Part shown: piece by piece, positions 1-7,643 of the stretch
Position numbering within the stretch: position 1 is the stretch's first letter
Layout: the number at the start of each line of letters is the position of its first letter
NCBI GenBank assembly: GCA_018333715.1
Contig: JAGXSW010000068.1
Span: forward strand, 1 to 39,326
Reading direction: 5' to 3'
DNA: 39,326 nt
From: Syntrophaceae bacterium
GTDB taxonomy: Bacteria; Desulfobacterota; BSN033; UBA1163
Notes under the pieces: generated by a model
What the model was told of the DNA's origin: nothing
Database searches by the model: none
Seen by the model: only the letters and a program-made list of their open reading frames with translations
Position numbers and translations under genes: made by a program

Positions 1-102
1 AAAACCGGTGTCCAGTGTTTTTATAAGTGCTTGAGATTACTGGATTCCGGCTTTCGCCGGAATGACGATCGTTAGGATTTTTCGACTTTTTACGAGACCA
101 TC
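1..102. mobile_element. MITE family A copy, left end truncated by the window edge
   Basis: Aligns base-for-base with 23548-23657 (AAAACCGGTGTCCAGTG...CTGGATTCC-N-GGAATGAC...GACTTTTTACGAGACCATC). Ends with the same terminal repeat as the other copies. Confidence 0.8.
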
Positions 103-410
103 AAGTTATGACTCTACTCTTTTTGACCATTTGGAGGAGTTCGGGAGAAACTCGAAAAACCCAGAATGAAATTGTCAGGGAATATAAACGGATTTTCCGG
201 CCTATGATATCTACAGAGATGATTTGACCGGTAAATTTTTATAACCAGTTGAATATATTTGCTTATGGATTGATTAAAGATTAGGCAAATCGTTAAAGAA
301 TTTGAAGGGCACGCCATTTTAAAACTGAAAACTTTAAGTTATCAACAGGGTTTAAACAAAAAATGTGGGAAATAAGTCTAACTAATTAAAATCATTTATT
401 AAATAGAAAA

Positions 411-443
411 GGGATCAGTTAGAGGAGGGCTTTAACTGATCCC
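411..443. promoter_or_regulatory. 10-bp perfect inverted repeat GGGATCAGTT-N13-AACTGATCCC, candidate activator site (UAS)
   Basis: Arms read directly. Centre lies about 125 bp upstream of the -24 element at 551. No T-run follows, so it is not a typical terminator. Confidence 0.3.
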
Positions 444-550
444 AACCAGCGCATCAATTTGGGGTGAAACAAGGAGGTGATATGATTTGATGCACTGGCC
501 AAATTAAATGTAACAGATAAAAGAAAAAATATCAAATTGTAAATTGTTTT

Positions 551-565
551 TGGCACAGGATTTGC
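551..565 (+). promoter_or_regulatory. sigma-54 (-24/-12) promoter TGGCAC-AGGAT-TTGC
   Basis: Exact match to TGGCAC-N5-TTGC. The ATG of the next gene is 15 nt after the GC. Confidence 0.75.
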
Positions 566-580
566 TGGTATTATTATATT

Positions 581-1108
581 ATGAAGATTATTCTCCTTAT
601 TATTCTTCTCATCTTTATTTCAACTCCTGGATTCGCACAGATTTATAAATGGGTGGACGATAAAGGGGGCGTCCATTTTACGGATGATGTGACAAAAATT
701 CCCGATAAATACAGACTTGAAACTGATAAAATTGGAGTGTCCGAAGAAAAAAGCGAAACCAAAATTGAAGGTGATCCATCCTCAAAGAGAAAGGAAGATG
801 CTTATAAAGACCAATTAGGCAGGGGTGAGGAATACTGGAAGAATAGGGTTGAGGAATGGAAGATGAAATTGAGGACAGCCCAGGAAAAAATGGAGAGCAC
901 AAGAATAAAATATAATGAATTGACGGAAAGGTTTAATGATTCGAAAAGTTCCGCAGAGAGAAACCAACTCAGGAGAGAAAGAGATCAGGTCAAACAAGAG
1001 TTGGATCAATATAAAAGCCAATTTGAAGAAGCGAGGACAATGCTTGAAAAGAAGCTCCCTGAAGAAGCGGAGATATATAAGGCAAAGCAGGAGTGGATCA
1101 AACAGTGA
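581..1108 (+). CDS. DUF4124-domain secreted protein with coiled-coil C-terminus
   Basis: Signal peptide MKIILLIILLIFISTPGFAQ followed by IYKWVDDKGGVHFTD, the DUF4124 signature. The rest is charged and heptad-like. Confidence 0.8.
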   Translation: MKIILLIILLIFISTPGFAQIYKWVDDKGGVHFTDDVTKIPDKYRLETDKIGVSEEKSETKIEGDPSSKRKEDAYKDQLGRGEEYWKNRVEEWKMKLRTAQEKMESTRIKYNELTERFNDSKSSAERNQLRRERDQVKQELDQYKSQFEEARTMLEKKLPEEAEIYKAKQEWIKQ

Positions 1109-1348
1109 AAAGATTTCATAGAAGCTAAAAAATGTATTCAACCATCCCAAAATGGCTAACTCTTTATTTTTAAAGTTATATTCATTTCCACAAACCATAC
1201 TTCATAATTATTTAAGAAGAATCATTCAAATATTTGGGAATTGGTATCATTTTTGCGAATTGATGATTTAATCGACTTTGACCAAAAATGAGCGTTCATG
1301 TGGCAAGAAATTAGCCAATTCAACTTCAAATCGTTGATACCCAGAGAA

Positions 1349-1363
1349 TGGCATTAAAAATGC
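1349..1363 (+). promoter_or_regulatory. candidate sigma-54 promoter TGGCAT-TAAAA-ATGC
   Basis: Correct GG-N10-GC spacing, with two mismatches to the TGGCAC-N5-TTGC consensus. ATG 1380 lies 16 nt after the GC, the same geometry as at 551 and 32214. Confidence 0.4.
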
Positions 1364-1379
1364 ATATATTTTATTTATA

Positions 1380-1775
1380 ATGAAATTGGATATGAATAAC
1401 CAAACGACAGAGAGGAAGATGGGGGTTCTTGCCGTCGAGAAAAGACGGTATCCAAGATATACCGCCGAATTTCCCCTGGACTATGCCCGGATCGATGACA
1501 AAGGAACTTATGGTGGAATGATCGCCAATGTGAGCGAAGGGGGATTGCTGGTCTACCTGCCTCAACGGATGGAGATGGGAACCGTATTAAAAATCGAAAT
1601 CCTTTACGTTCAGGGGTTGGAATTTAACACGATCAAAGCTGTTGCGAAAATAGTTTGGTCTGATCTGGCGGCAAAAGAGAGCTACGGAGAGTATCGTTAC
1701 GGTTTGCAATTCCTCCACATCGAAGAGAAGGAATTTGCCAGATTGATCAATTTGTTAAAGGAGATTGGTAAATGA
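1380..1775 (+). CDS. PilZ domain protein (c-di-GMP binding type)
   Basis: RRYPR (RxxxR) followed by NVSEGG (D/NxSxxG). Alternative start ATG 1419 sits behind AGAGGAAG. Confidence 0.85.
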   Translation: MKLDMNNQTTERKMGVLAVEKRRYPRYTAEFPLDYARIDDKGTYGGMIANVSEGGLLVYLPQRMEMGTVLKIEILYVQGLEFNTIKAVAKIVWSDLAAKESYGEYRYGLQFLHIEEKEFARLINLLKEIGK

Positions 1776-1910
1776 AAAGATGATCCTCGGATCATCAACC
1801 GTCCCAGCCCATCCTATTTGCCATCCCGTGTTGTTTTACCTCGCCTTTTTTAGAAACATAAAAAATCACTTGAACTTTTTTAAAAAATTGTTAAGAATAG
1901 GAGTGTTTCT

Positions 1911-1948
1911 GGGGAGGGCAGGGGCGGGGGATTGCCTCTCCCTTTTTA
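1911..1948 (+). terminator. putative rho-independent terminator
   Basis: GGGGAGGGC...GCCTCTCCC stem with one bulge, followed by TTTTTA. Confidence 0.45.
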
Positions 1949-1999
1949 TAAGAATCCGGGACCGTTTCTAACATCAAACTGAATGCTGACAGAAAAGGC

Positions 2000-3919
2000 A
2001 TGATGGTTCAATTTCATATGGAAGATGAAAAGTATCGGGTCATCCTCCATCGAATCGGAGGAAACACTGAAGAAGAGAAGGCCCGTTTCTGCGGGGTGGT
2101 TTCAGAAAATTATGGAATACCCCTGCCCCTGATGGAAAAGATCGCTGATCGCTGTCCCATTGTCATTAAAAAAGATCTCCCATTTAAAAAGGCGGAAATG
2201 TTAGCGATTGCTTTTAAATCCTCCGGAGCCTCTGTCTCAGTGGAAAAGAAGAGGAATCTCTCTCCTGTTTTCCTTGAATTCATGACCACAGGAACCTGCC
2301 GGTTGGGATTGGAATCATCCAATCTCCGGAAGTCTCCCGGAGGGGCATGGCAGGTATTCGGGAGGATTCAAAACATCTCCAGCGAAGAACTTCACGATGT
2401 CTGGGCTCTGATTCAACTCTTCGACGAATATGAAGAGTTGATCGCCTTCGAAGAGATTCCTCTCCCCATCAATCCCCTTTCTCCCAATGAATCCTCTCCT
2501 TTTAAGGCCATTTTTGAAGGGGAGCTTCCTGTGCAAAAAATTTCCATCGCTTTTAGGAACGCTTCAGGGAATCCACTCCCGGCAATGGATAAGAGGCAGA
2601 AGAGGGAATGGGTGGAAGTGAAGATAGCTGAAACCCGGGAAAAAAGCGGACCCCTTCCTTTGACCGAAATATCTGAAGAGGTTCTTCCCGCCTTTGAGCC
2701 TCAAATCTCTCTTATCCCCGAAGGGATTGAAGAGAAGCTCGAAAAAGAGGGGACGGAAGGGGCTTCGGTAGAAATCTCGCCGCCTGGGACAGAAGAGCTC
2801 CCTTTAACTTCAGATGAAGAAATAAAAAGCCCCGGAGAAGAGTTTGCCCTGAATTTCTTTGAAAAGGGCGGACCACAACAGGAGGAGAAGAAAGGAAAAG
2901 AAGAAGAGAGATTTGAAATTGTGACGGAAGAAGATCGCGCCCAGGAAGTGATTCGGGCTCTTATGGACGAAGGAACTCCCGATGAAGAGGATCTTCGTCT
3001 CGATTATCCCGCGGATGATCGAACAGAGGATATCCGCCGTATTGAACCGGACTTCCCCTTATACGAAAAAGGGGCGCCTGTTATGGGAGAAAAACCTGCG
3101 ACTGTTGAAACAAAAACGGAGGGGGAAACTTTCCACTGCTCGTGGCTGGAAGATTTCAAAAAGGCCATTGAGGTCTATGGTCAAATGAATAGGGATCCCT
3201 TTTTATTCTGGTTTCAAGATCTCCAGAAGAAAGGGCAATTCGAGGATGCCTATCATTCCCTCTTAACCCTATTGATCTACGCCCGATTCAATCAAACTTA
3301 TCCCTCGGACACCGCATTGGAAAATACCAAGAAGGTATTTCCTCTGATGCTCCAAACGGACCTGCCTCACGAGGAATTCCCTCCATTGGAGAGGGCTCTC
3401 TTCTTTCCGCCAGATGTGTGGAGAGACCTATACATCAGGGCCATCCCTAAACTTCAGGAAGTGTCTTTTCGAGTGATGGAGGGAAAAGGATGGGAAACGT
3501 CCGATCTGGATCGGTTGATTCGCATCATCCCTCACATGACTGCAAGAAATAGCCGTTGGGCCATTCGCGCCATCCATGACTGGATCCCGGGGGTCGTCCC
3601 CGATGTTTCAGATATGTCCATTGATATAAGTGAAGGCCTTTACCGGGTGGCTTCCCGATTAGGAGTGGTCAACCCGTTATTCGATTATTATCAGGGGAAA
3701 AATTCGACGGGTGATATGAGGATTCAATCCTTTGCCAGGGCGGCTTTTCCTGACGATCCGGGAAAAATCGAGGAACCGATGAGCCGGTTAGGAACAAAAG
3801 ACGAAGGGGGAAATTGTTGGCCGACCGAACCCCAATGCCAGGATTGCCCCTTCGAGAGCTTCTGCCAAAAACTCTTTGTAGATTTTAACCCGGCAGAAAA
3901 AGGGATGATTCTTCGATAA
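2000..3919 (+). CDS. 639-aa multidomain protein with a divergent HhH-GPD/endonuclease-III-like C-terminal domain carrying a 4Fe-4S cluster loop
   Basis: - C-terminus CWPTEPQCQDCPFESFC is exactly C-X6-C-X2-C-X5-C.
- Upstream, LLTLLIYARFNQ...TKKVFPL, IPHMTARNSRWAIRAI and SIDISEGLYRVASRLGVV line up with EndoIII helices, HhH and the VDTH region.
- Middle region is acidic and disordered.
- N-terminus PIVIKKDLPFKKAEMLAIAFKSSGASVSVEKK resembles an L7/L12 C-terminal fold. Confidence 0.85.
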   Translation: MMVQFHMEDEKYRVILHRIGGNTEEEKARFCGVVSENYGIPLPLMEKIADRCPIVIKKDLPFKKAEMLAIAFKSSGASVSVEKKRNLSPVFLEFMTTGTCRLGLESSNLRKSPGGAWQVFGRIQNISSEELHDVWALIQLFDEYEELIAFEEIPLPINPLSPNESSPFKAIFEGELPVQKISIAFRNASGNPLPAMDKRQKREWVEVKIAETREKSGPLPLTEISEEVLPAFEPQISLIPEGIEEKLEKEGTEGASVEISPPGTEELPLTSDEEIKSPGEEFALNFFEKGGPQQEEKKGKEEERFEIVTEEDRAQEVIRALMDEGTPDEEDLRLDYPADDRTEDIRRIEPDFPLYEKGAPVMGEKPATVETKTEGETFHCSWLEDFKKAIEVYGQMNRDPFLFWFQDLQKKGQFEDAYHSLLTLLIYARFNQTYPSDTALENTKKVFPLMLQTDLPHEEFPPLERALFFPPDVWRDLYIRAIPKLQEVSFRVMEGKGWETSDLDRLIRIIPHMTARNSRWAIRAIHDWIPGVVPDVSDMSIDISEGLYRVASRLGVVNPLFDYYQGKNSTGDMRIQSFARAAFPDDPGKIEEPMSRLGTKDEGGNCWPTEPQCQDCPFESFCQKLFVDFNPAEKGMILR

Positions 3920-3942
3920 GGGTGGAAAATCGGAGGAACCGG

Positions 3943-4332
3943 ATGGAGAAGTCGAAATCGATGAAAGATAGAAGAAAATCCCAGAGAATGATGCTGGACT
4001 TACCCCTTGAATACCGTGTGATGGATGCGCCTTATGCCCACGGAGGATTGATGGTCAATGCGAGCGAATTGGGCATCCTTGTCCAATCCGTGAAAAACCT
4101 CCCCATTGGGACAAAATTAAATGTAGCGGTCTTATTCCCCAAAGGCTTCGAATTGGCCAACTTTGAAGTTCTGGCCGAGATCCTCTGGAAGGACCTCCAT
4201 TGGGAGGAGGATTGGGAGGGGTACCAGTATGGGTTAAGATTCCTGCAGATTCTCGCTAACGAGCATTGGAAATTGAAACAGCTTTTGAACGGCCAATTCC
4301 ATTTGGAGGAGGTCCAACGAAATTATCGGTAA
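3943..4332 (+). CDS. PilZ domain protein
   Basis: RRKSQR (RxxxR) and NASELG. GGAGG lies 6 nt before ATG 3943. The ORF is open from GTG 3922, 3 nt after the upstream stop. Confidence 0.8.
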   Translation: MEKSKSMKDRRKSQRMMLDLPLEYRVMDAPYAHGGLMVNASELGILVQSVKNLPIGTKLNVAVLFPKGFELANFEVLAEILWKDLHWEEDWEGYQYGLRFLQILANEHWKLKQLLNGQFHLEEVQRNYR

Positions 4333-4347
4333 GGGCAGGGGGAGAGG

Positions 4348-4734
4348 ATGACAGAGAAAAAGGAGGGAAAGCCTCGCATCGGGATTGCCAACATTGAAAG
4401 AAGAAAGTATCCGCGCTTTTCAATCGACCTGCCGATCGAATATTATCCGATCAGCTCTCCCGACAGTCATATCGGCCGGGCGCTCAATGCGAGCGAGGGG
4501 GGATTGCTGGTTTACCTCCCGGAAAAGATGAAGGTTGGCCAACACCTCGGTTTGAAGCTCTTCTTCCACTCCGGTTCCCAGATGAATATCATCGAGATGA
4601 CAGGGGAAGTGATCTGGATTGATATCCACCTCGAGATGAACTGGGGGGATTATCGGACGGGTTTGAAGTTGATTGATATTTCTCCCGAAAATCTGCAGCG
4701 GCTGAAAGACTTCCTGCTCTCCCTTACAAATTAA
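4348..4734 (+). CDS. PilZ domain protein, close paralogue of 1380..1775
   Basis: RRKYPR and NASEGGLLVYLPEKM, compared with NVSEGGLLVYLPQRM in the first copy. Confidence 0.85.
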   Translation: MTEKKEGKPRIGIANIERRKYPRFSIDLPIEYYPISSPDSHIGRALNASEGGLLVYLPEKMKVGQHLGLKLFFHSGSQMNIIEMTGEVIWIDIHLEMNWGDYRTGLKLIDISPENLQRLKDFLLSLTN

Positions 4735-4763
4735 ACCCCATTTTTTTACTTGTCCGAATCTTC

Positions 4764-4792
4764 TTGTCAAAAGCAAAAAGAGGGATTATAAT
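4764..4792 (+). promoter_or_regulatory. sigma-70 type promoter TTGTCA-N17-TATAAT
   Basis: Hexamers and the 17-nt spacer counted directly. AAAGGAG RBS and ATG 4814 lie downstream. Confidence 0.6.
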
Positions 4793-4813
4793 TTTTTACA
4801 AAGGAGTGGAACA

Positions 4814-5002
4814 ATGAGTGGAAAAAGCAGCTTTCCATACCGCAAATTTGACAGGAAGCCTCACCCCCATATCGTCAAACAGATATTAGAGGATGAGGAG
4901 CTGGTCGAGATGATGAAGGAGATGCTCGTTAAGGAAGGCAAACCCTGTCCTTTTTGCCACCGAAAACTAAAGGACGAGGTTAAGGCCAGGGAAATATGGT
5001 AA
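4814..5002 (+). CDS. small hypothetical protein (62 aa) with a single CPFC motif
   Basis: Own promoter, AAAGGAG RBS, charged non-repetitive sequence. No recognisable family. Confidence 0.5.
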   Translation: MSGKSSFPYRKFDRKPHPHIVKQILEDEELVEMMKEMLVKEGKPCPFCHRKLKDEVKAREIW

Positions 5003-5043
5003 TAAAAAGTTTTATAATGGCCGATCCATCAACCGCTCATTCC

Positions 5044-5385
5044 CTACATATTTTCGTCAGGAAATTCCCTGGTAAAAGAGAATTTTAAAGGATTGAGCAT
5101 AAACATTTTTGCTGAATCTTTTACGGCGTTTGAAGGTTTATCTTCTATTCGTGAGAAAATATCAACCGTTATAGTGAAAGGAAGTGAAACGGAAAAAATT
5201 CCCAATCCCGCGATCGCAGCGACAACCCCTAATGGCCTCGCAACCATTAAATCAATCGTATTCCATTGGTCTGTAATCGGATCATCCTTTTTCCATCTAT
5301 CCCATGCCAATGCATTCGGATAAATACTCCCGGCAATCATTGCGGAAATCAGAATTAATAAGAATGCTTTTTTATATCTCTTCAT
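5044..5385 (-). CDS. small membrane or secreted protein of unknown function
   Basis: AAGGAGGG RBS 4 nt before ATG at 5385. MKRYKKAFLLILISAMIAGS signal or TM segment plus a second hydrophobic segment GVVAAIAGLGIFSVSLPF. Confidence 0.6.
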   Translation of the reverse strand: MKRYKKAFLLILISAMIAGSIYPNALAWDRWKKDDPITDQWNTIDLMVARPLGVVAAIAGLGIFSVSLPFTITVDIFSRIEDKPSNAVKDSAKMFMLNPLKFSFTREFPDENM

Positions 5386-5842
5386 GGGGCCCTCCTTTTT
5401 GGTTTTATCAGATATGATTCTATCAGAAGCAGATGCCTTTGTCAATCATTCCAAGCGAATAGATCAGTCATCGGAAAATAAGAGAGAAGGTAAAAGTTAT
5501 CGGAAGGTTTTCATCCACCAGACAGAAATGATTTTGGCGATGAATAACTTGCTGATCAGGAGATGGATCTTCAAAAGATAAAGGCTGGCCAGCGTTTCTT
5601 CCTTGGTTATTCTAAACATCCATCAAGACCTCTTAAACTCGAACCAGTGAAATGGTAAGGAGAATGGTCATAAACTCTGACCCTAGCGGGAGCAAGGGTT
5701 GATTTAAAAAGAGAGAGGAGGAAAAGAGAGATGATTGTCTGAATCATATGCATCGATTGAATCATATAAAATATGAATGCAATAATTTTGCCAATTCTCG
5801 AAATATAATATAACTGACTGAAACCATTTGAAAATACGGATA

Positions 5843-5872
5843 ATTTAAACTTAAATTTTTTTAAGTTTAAAT
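5843..5872. repeat. 13-bp perfect palindrome ATTTAAACTTAAA-TTTT-TTTAAGTTTAAAT
   Basis: Read directly. Lies in an AT-rich divergent intergenic region about 680 bp long. Confidence 0.7.
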
Positions 5873-5993
5873 GCAAAGAGTGACATAGATTGTCAATGGA
5901 TTGAAAAAGGGTCAGCTCTGGAACTCGCTCATTTCTCGTTTTTAAAGATAAGGTTTGGGGAATGGGATGAATTTTTGAAATTTGAAAAAACGC

Positions 5994-6022
5994 TTGACAA
6001 CAGGCAAGAAAATCGTTATTAA
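5994..6022 (+). promoter_or_regulatory. sigma-70 type promoter TTGACA-N17-TATTAA
   Basis: Perfect -35, 17-nt spacer, 4/6 match at -10. About 40 nt upstream of the HNH gene. Confidence 0.5.
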
Positions 6023-6063
6023 CCTTAAAATTCAACAGGAATCACAGGCTATCCTCATAAGCG

Positions 6064-6588
6064 ATGGAATGGACATTACTTCTCAACTCGACTTTTGAAC
6101 CTTTGAGGGTGGTGACCTGGAAAAAGGCAATCATTATGGTCATGCTTGGCAAGGTGGAAGTGATCGAAGAGTATGAGCGGGCCATCAGGGGAATCAGGGT
6201 CTCGATCCATCTTCCGGCTGTCATTCGTTTGCACCGGTTTATCAGAAGAAAAACGCCCATCGTTAAATTTTCCAGGCAAAATTTGTATGTTCGGGACAGA
6301 GGGGTATGTCAATATTGCGGGACCCCTTTCGAGCATAAAGAGTTGACCTATGATCATGTCGTTCCCCGCTCCAAAGGCGGGCAAACGGAATGGACAAATG
6401 TGGTAACCTGTTGCGCCGCTTGTAACCTCAGAAAGGGAGGGAGAACGCCGGAAGAGGCGGGCATGCCCCTGATCAAAAAGCCTAAAGCCCCCATCTGGAT
6501 TCCCCTATTGACCAAGAGTCTCGGGATCGATGAAACTCCTTCTTCCTGGAGGGACTATCTCTACCTTAATCGGGAATTGTCACTATAA
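6064..6588 (+). CDS. HNH endonuclease (McrA/COG1403-like, about 170 aa class)
   Basis: CQYCG...DHVVPRSKGG..WTNVVTCCAACNLRKG is the HNH beta-beta-alpha metal finger. Confidence 0.9.
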   Translation: MEWTLLLNSTFEPLRVVTWKKAIIMVMLGKVEVIEEYERAIRGIRVSIHLPAVIRLHRFIRRKTPIVKFSRQNLYVRDRGVCQYCGTPFEHKELTYDHVVPRSKGGQTEWTNVVTCCAACNLRKGGRTPEEAGMPLIKKPKAPIWIPLLTKSLGIDETPSSWRDYLYLNRELSL

Positions 6589-6636
6589 AGTTAAAAAACT
6601 AACCCATGCTCTCCCGACACACCAGAGGGAAAGGCC

Positions 6637-7155
6637 ATGAAATATCTTTGGGCTCCTTGGAGAATGAATTACATTTTGAAACACAAAGAAAAGGAATGCA
6701 TCTTCTGCCTTAAACCGAGTCGTGAGAGAGACAGAGAAAATCTCATCCTGTATCGAGGGAAGCGCGCCTTTGTGATGATGAACAGATATCCTTACAATAA
6801 TGGGCATCTGATGATCGTTCCACATCGGCACTGCCTCGATCTGGAATCCTTAAACCATCTCGAGTCGAAAGAACTCTTTGAACTATTAAAGGTTTCCATC
6901 AGAGCATTAAAGCTCTCTCTCTCCCCGCAAGGTTTCAATATTGGCGTCAATATAGGAAAGGTCGGGGGAGCCGGCGAGGGCCACATCCATTTTCATATCG
7001 TTCCCCGCTGGGCAGGGGACACCAATTTTATGCCGATCTTGGGAGAGACGAAGATCGTTCCGGAGTATCTTTCAAGCACTTACCAGAGACTTCATTCTTC
7101 GTTTGTCAATCATCTGAAAAAAAGAACGAGGCAGAAAGGAGGGGGAAAAAAGTGA
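6637..7155 (+). CDS. HIT family hydrolase/phosphorylase
   Basis: Histidine triad HIHFHIVPR. N-terminal LWAPWRMNYI is typical of the Ap4A-phosphorylase-like branch. Confidence 0.9.
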   Translation: MKYLWAPWRMNYILKHKEKECIFCLKPSRERDRENLILYRGKRAFVMMNRYPYNNGHLMIVPHRHCLDLESLNHLESKELFELLKVSIRALKLSLSPQGFNIGVNIGKVGGAGEGHIHFHIVPRWAGDTNFMPILGETKIVPEYLSSTYQRLHSSFVNHLKKRTRQKGGGKK

Positions 7156-7484
7156 AATGGTTAAAAACGCTTCTGATCATGATCATCTTCATCCTTGTCA
7201 TCCTGTTCTCCCTTCAAAACAGGGAGGAGGTGGGCCTCCGATTTGGCCTTTATCCCATCCAGGACCGGTTTTGGGAGGTTCCAAAACTTCCCCTCTTTTT
7301 AATCATCCTCTGTTCCGTCTTCGTGGGAGTGTTGATCGGGGGAATCGGAGACCTTTACCAGAGGTTTCAACTTAAAAAATCACTTCGCCAAAATGAGAAA
7401 ATGATTGAGAGATTGAGCAGGGAGGTGGAGACGCTTCGGGGCTCAGGGATGGAGCAACCCTCATATCTTAAAAGAGACGTTTGA
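7152..7484 (+). CDS. LapA-domain (DUF1049) inner membrane protein
   Basis: Two TM segments followed by a charged coiled tail LKKSLRQNEKMIERLSREVETLR. GTG start overlaps the HIT gene stop. Confidence 0.7.
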   Translation: MKWLKTLLIMIIFILVILFSLQNREEVGLRFGLYPIQDRFWEVPKLPLFLIILCSVFVGVLIGGIGDLYQRFQLKKSLRQNEKMIERLSREVETLRGSGMEQPSYLKRDV

Positions 7485-7584
7485 TCTTTTTAAACCCCCA
7501 GAAAAAGGGTCTCCTCGTCAAAATTATTCTCTTGCAATTAAGATAAAATTGTAGTATATTTTTTTTACAGAATCGGGTCTGCTG

Positions 7585-7615
7585 AAAAAGCGGGCTTTTT
7601 GCCCGCTTTTTTTTT
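7585..7615 (+). terminator. rho-independent terminator
   Basis: AAAAAGCGGGC-TTTTT-GCCCGCTTTTT followed by a T-run. Confidence 0.8.
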
Positions 7616-7643
7616 AGGACGGCCCTTTAAAAGGGAAAGCAGG

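Noticed and set aside
114-317. 67-aa minus-strand ORF at the left edge
   Set aside because: No RBS, no motif, AT-rich context next to a MITE. Not supportable as a gene.
1765-1971. 68-aa ORF between the first PilZ gene and the 639-aa gene
   Set aside because: It runs through the putative terminator hairpin, and has no RBS and no motif.
5607-6035. 142-aa minus-strand ORF
   Set aside because: AT-rich, low-complexity translation (runs of F, I, L, K, N, S). No RBS or motif. It spans the palindrome and the promoter of the HNH gene, so it is most likely non-coding intergenic DNA.
6064-7155. HNH endonuclease plus HIT gene as a possible defence pair
   Set aside because: This class of HNH protein (about 170 aa) and Ap4A-phosphorylase-like HIT proteins are widespread housekeeping-type genes. 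No methylase, helicase, ATPase or other defence partner is adjacent.
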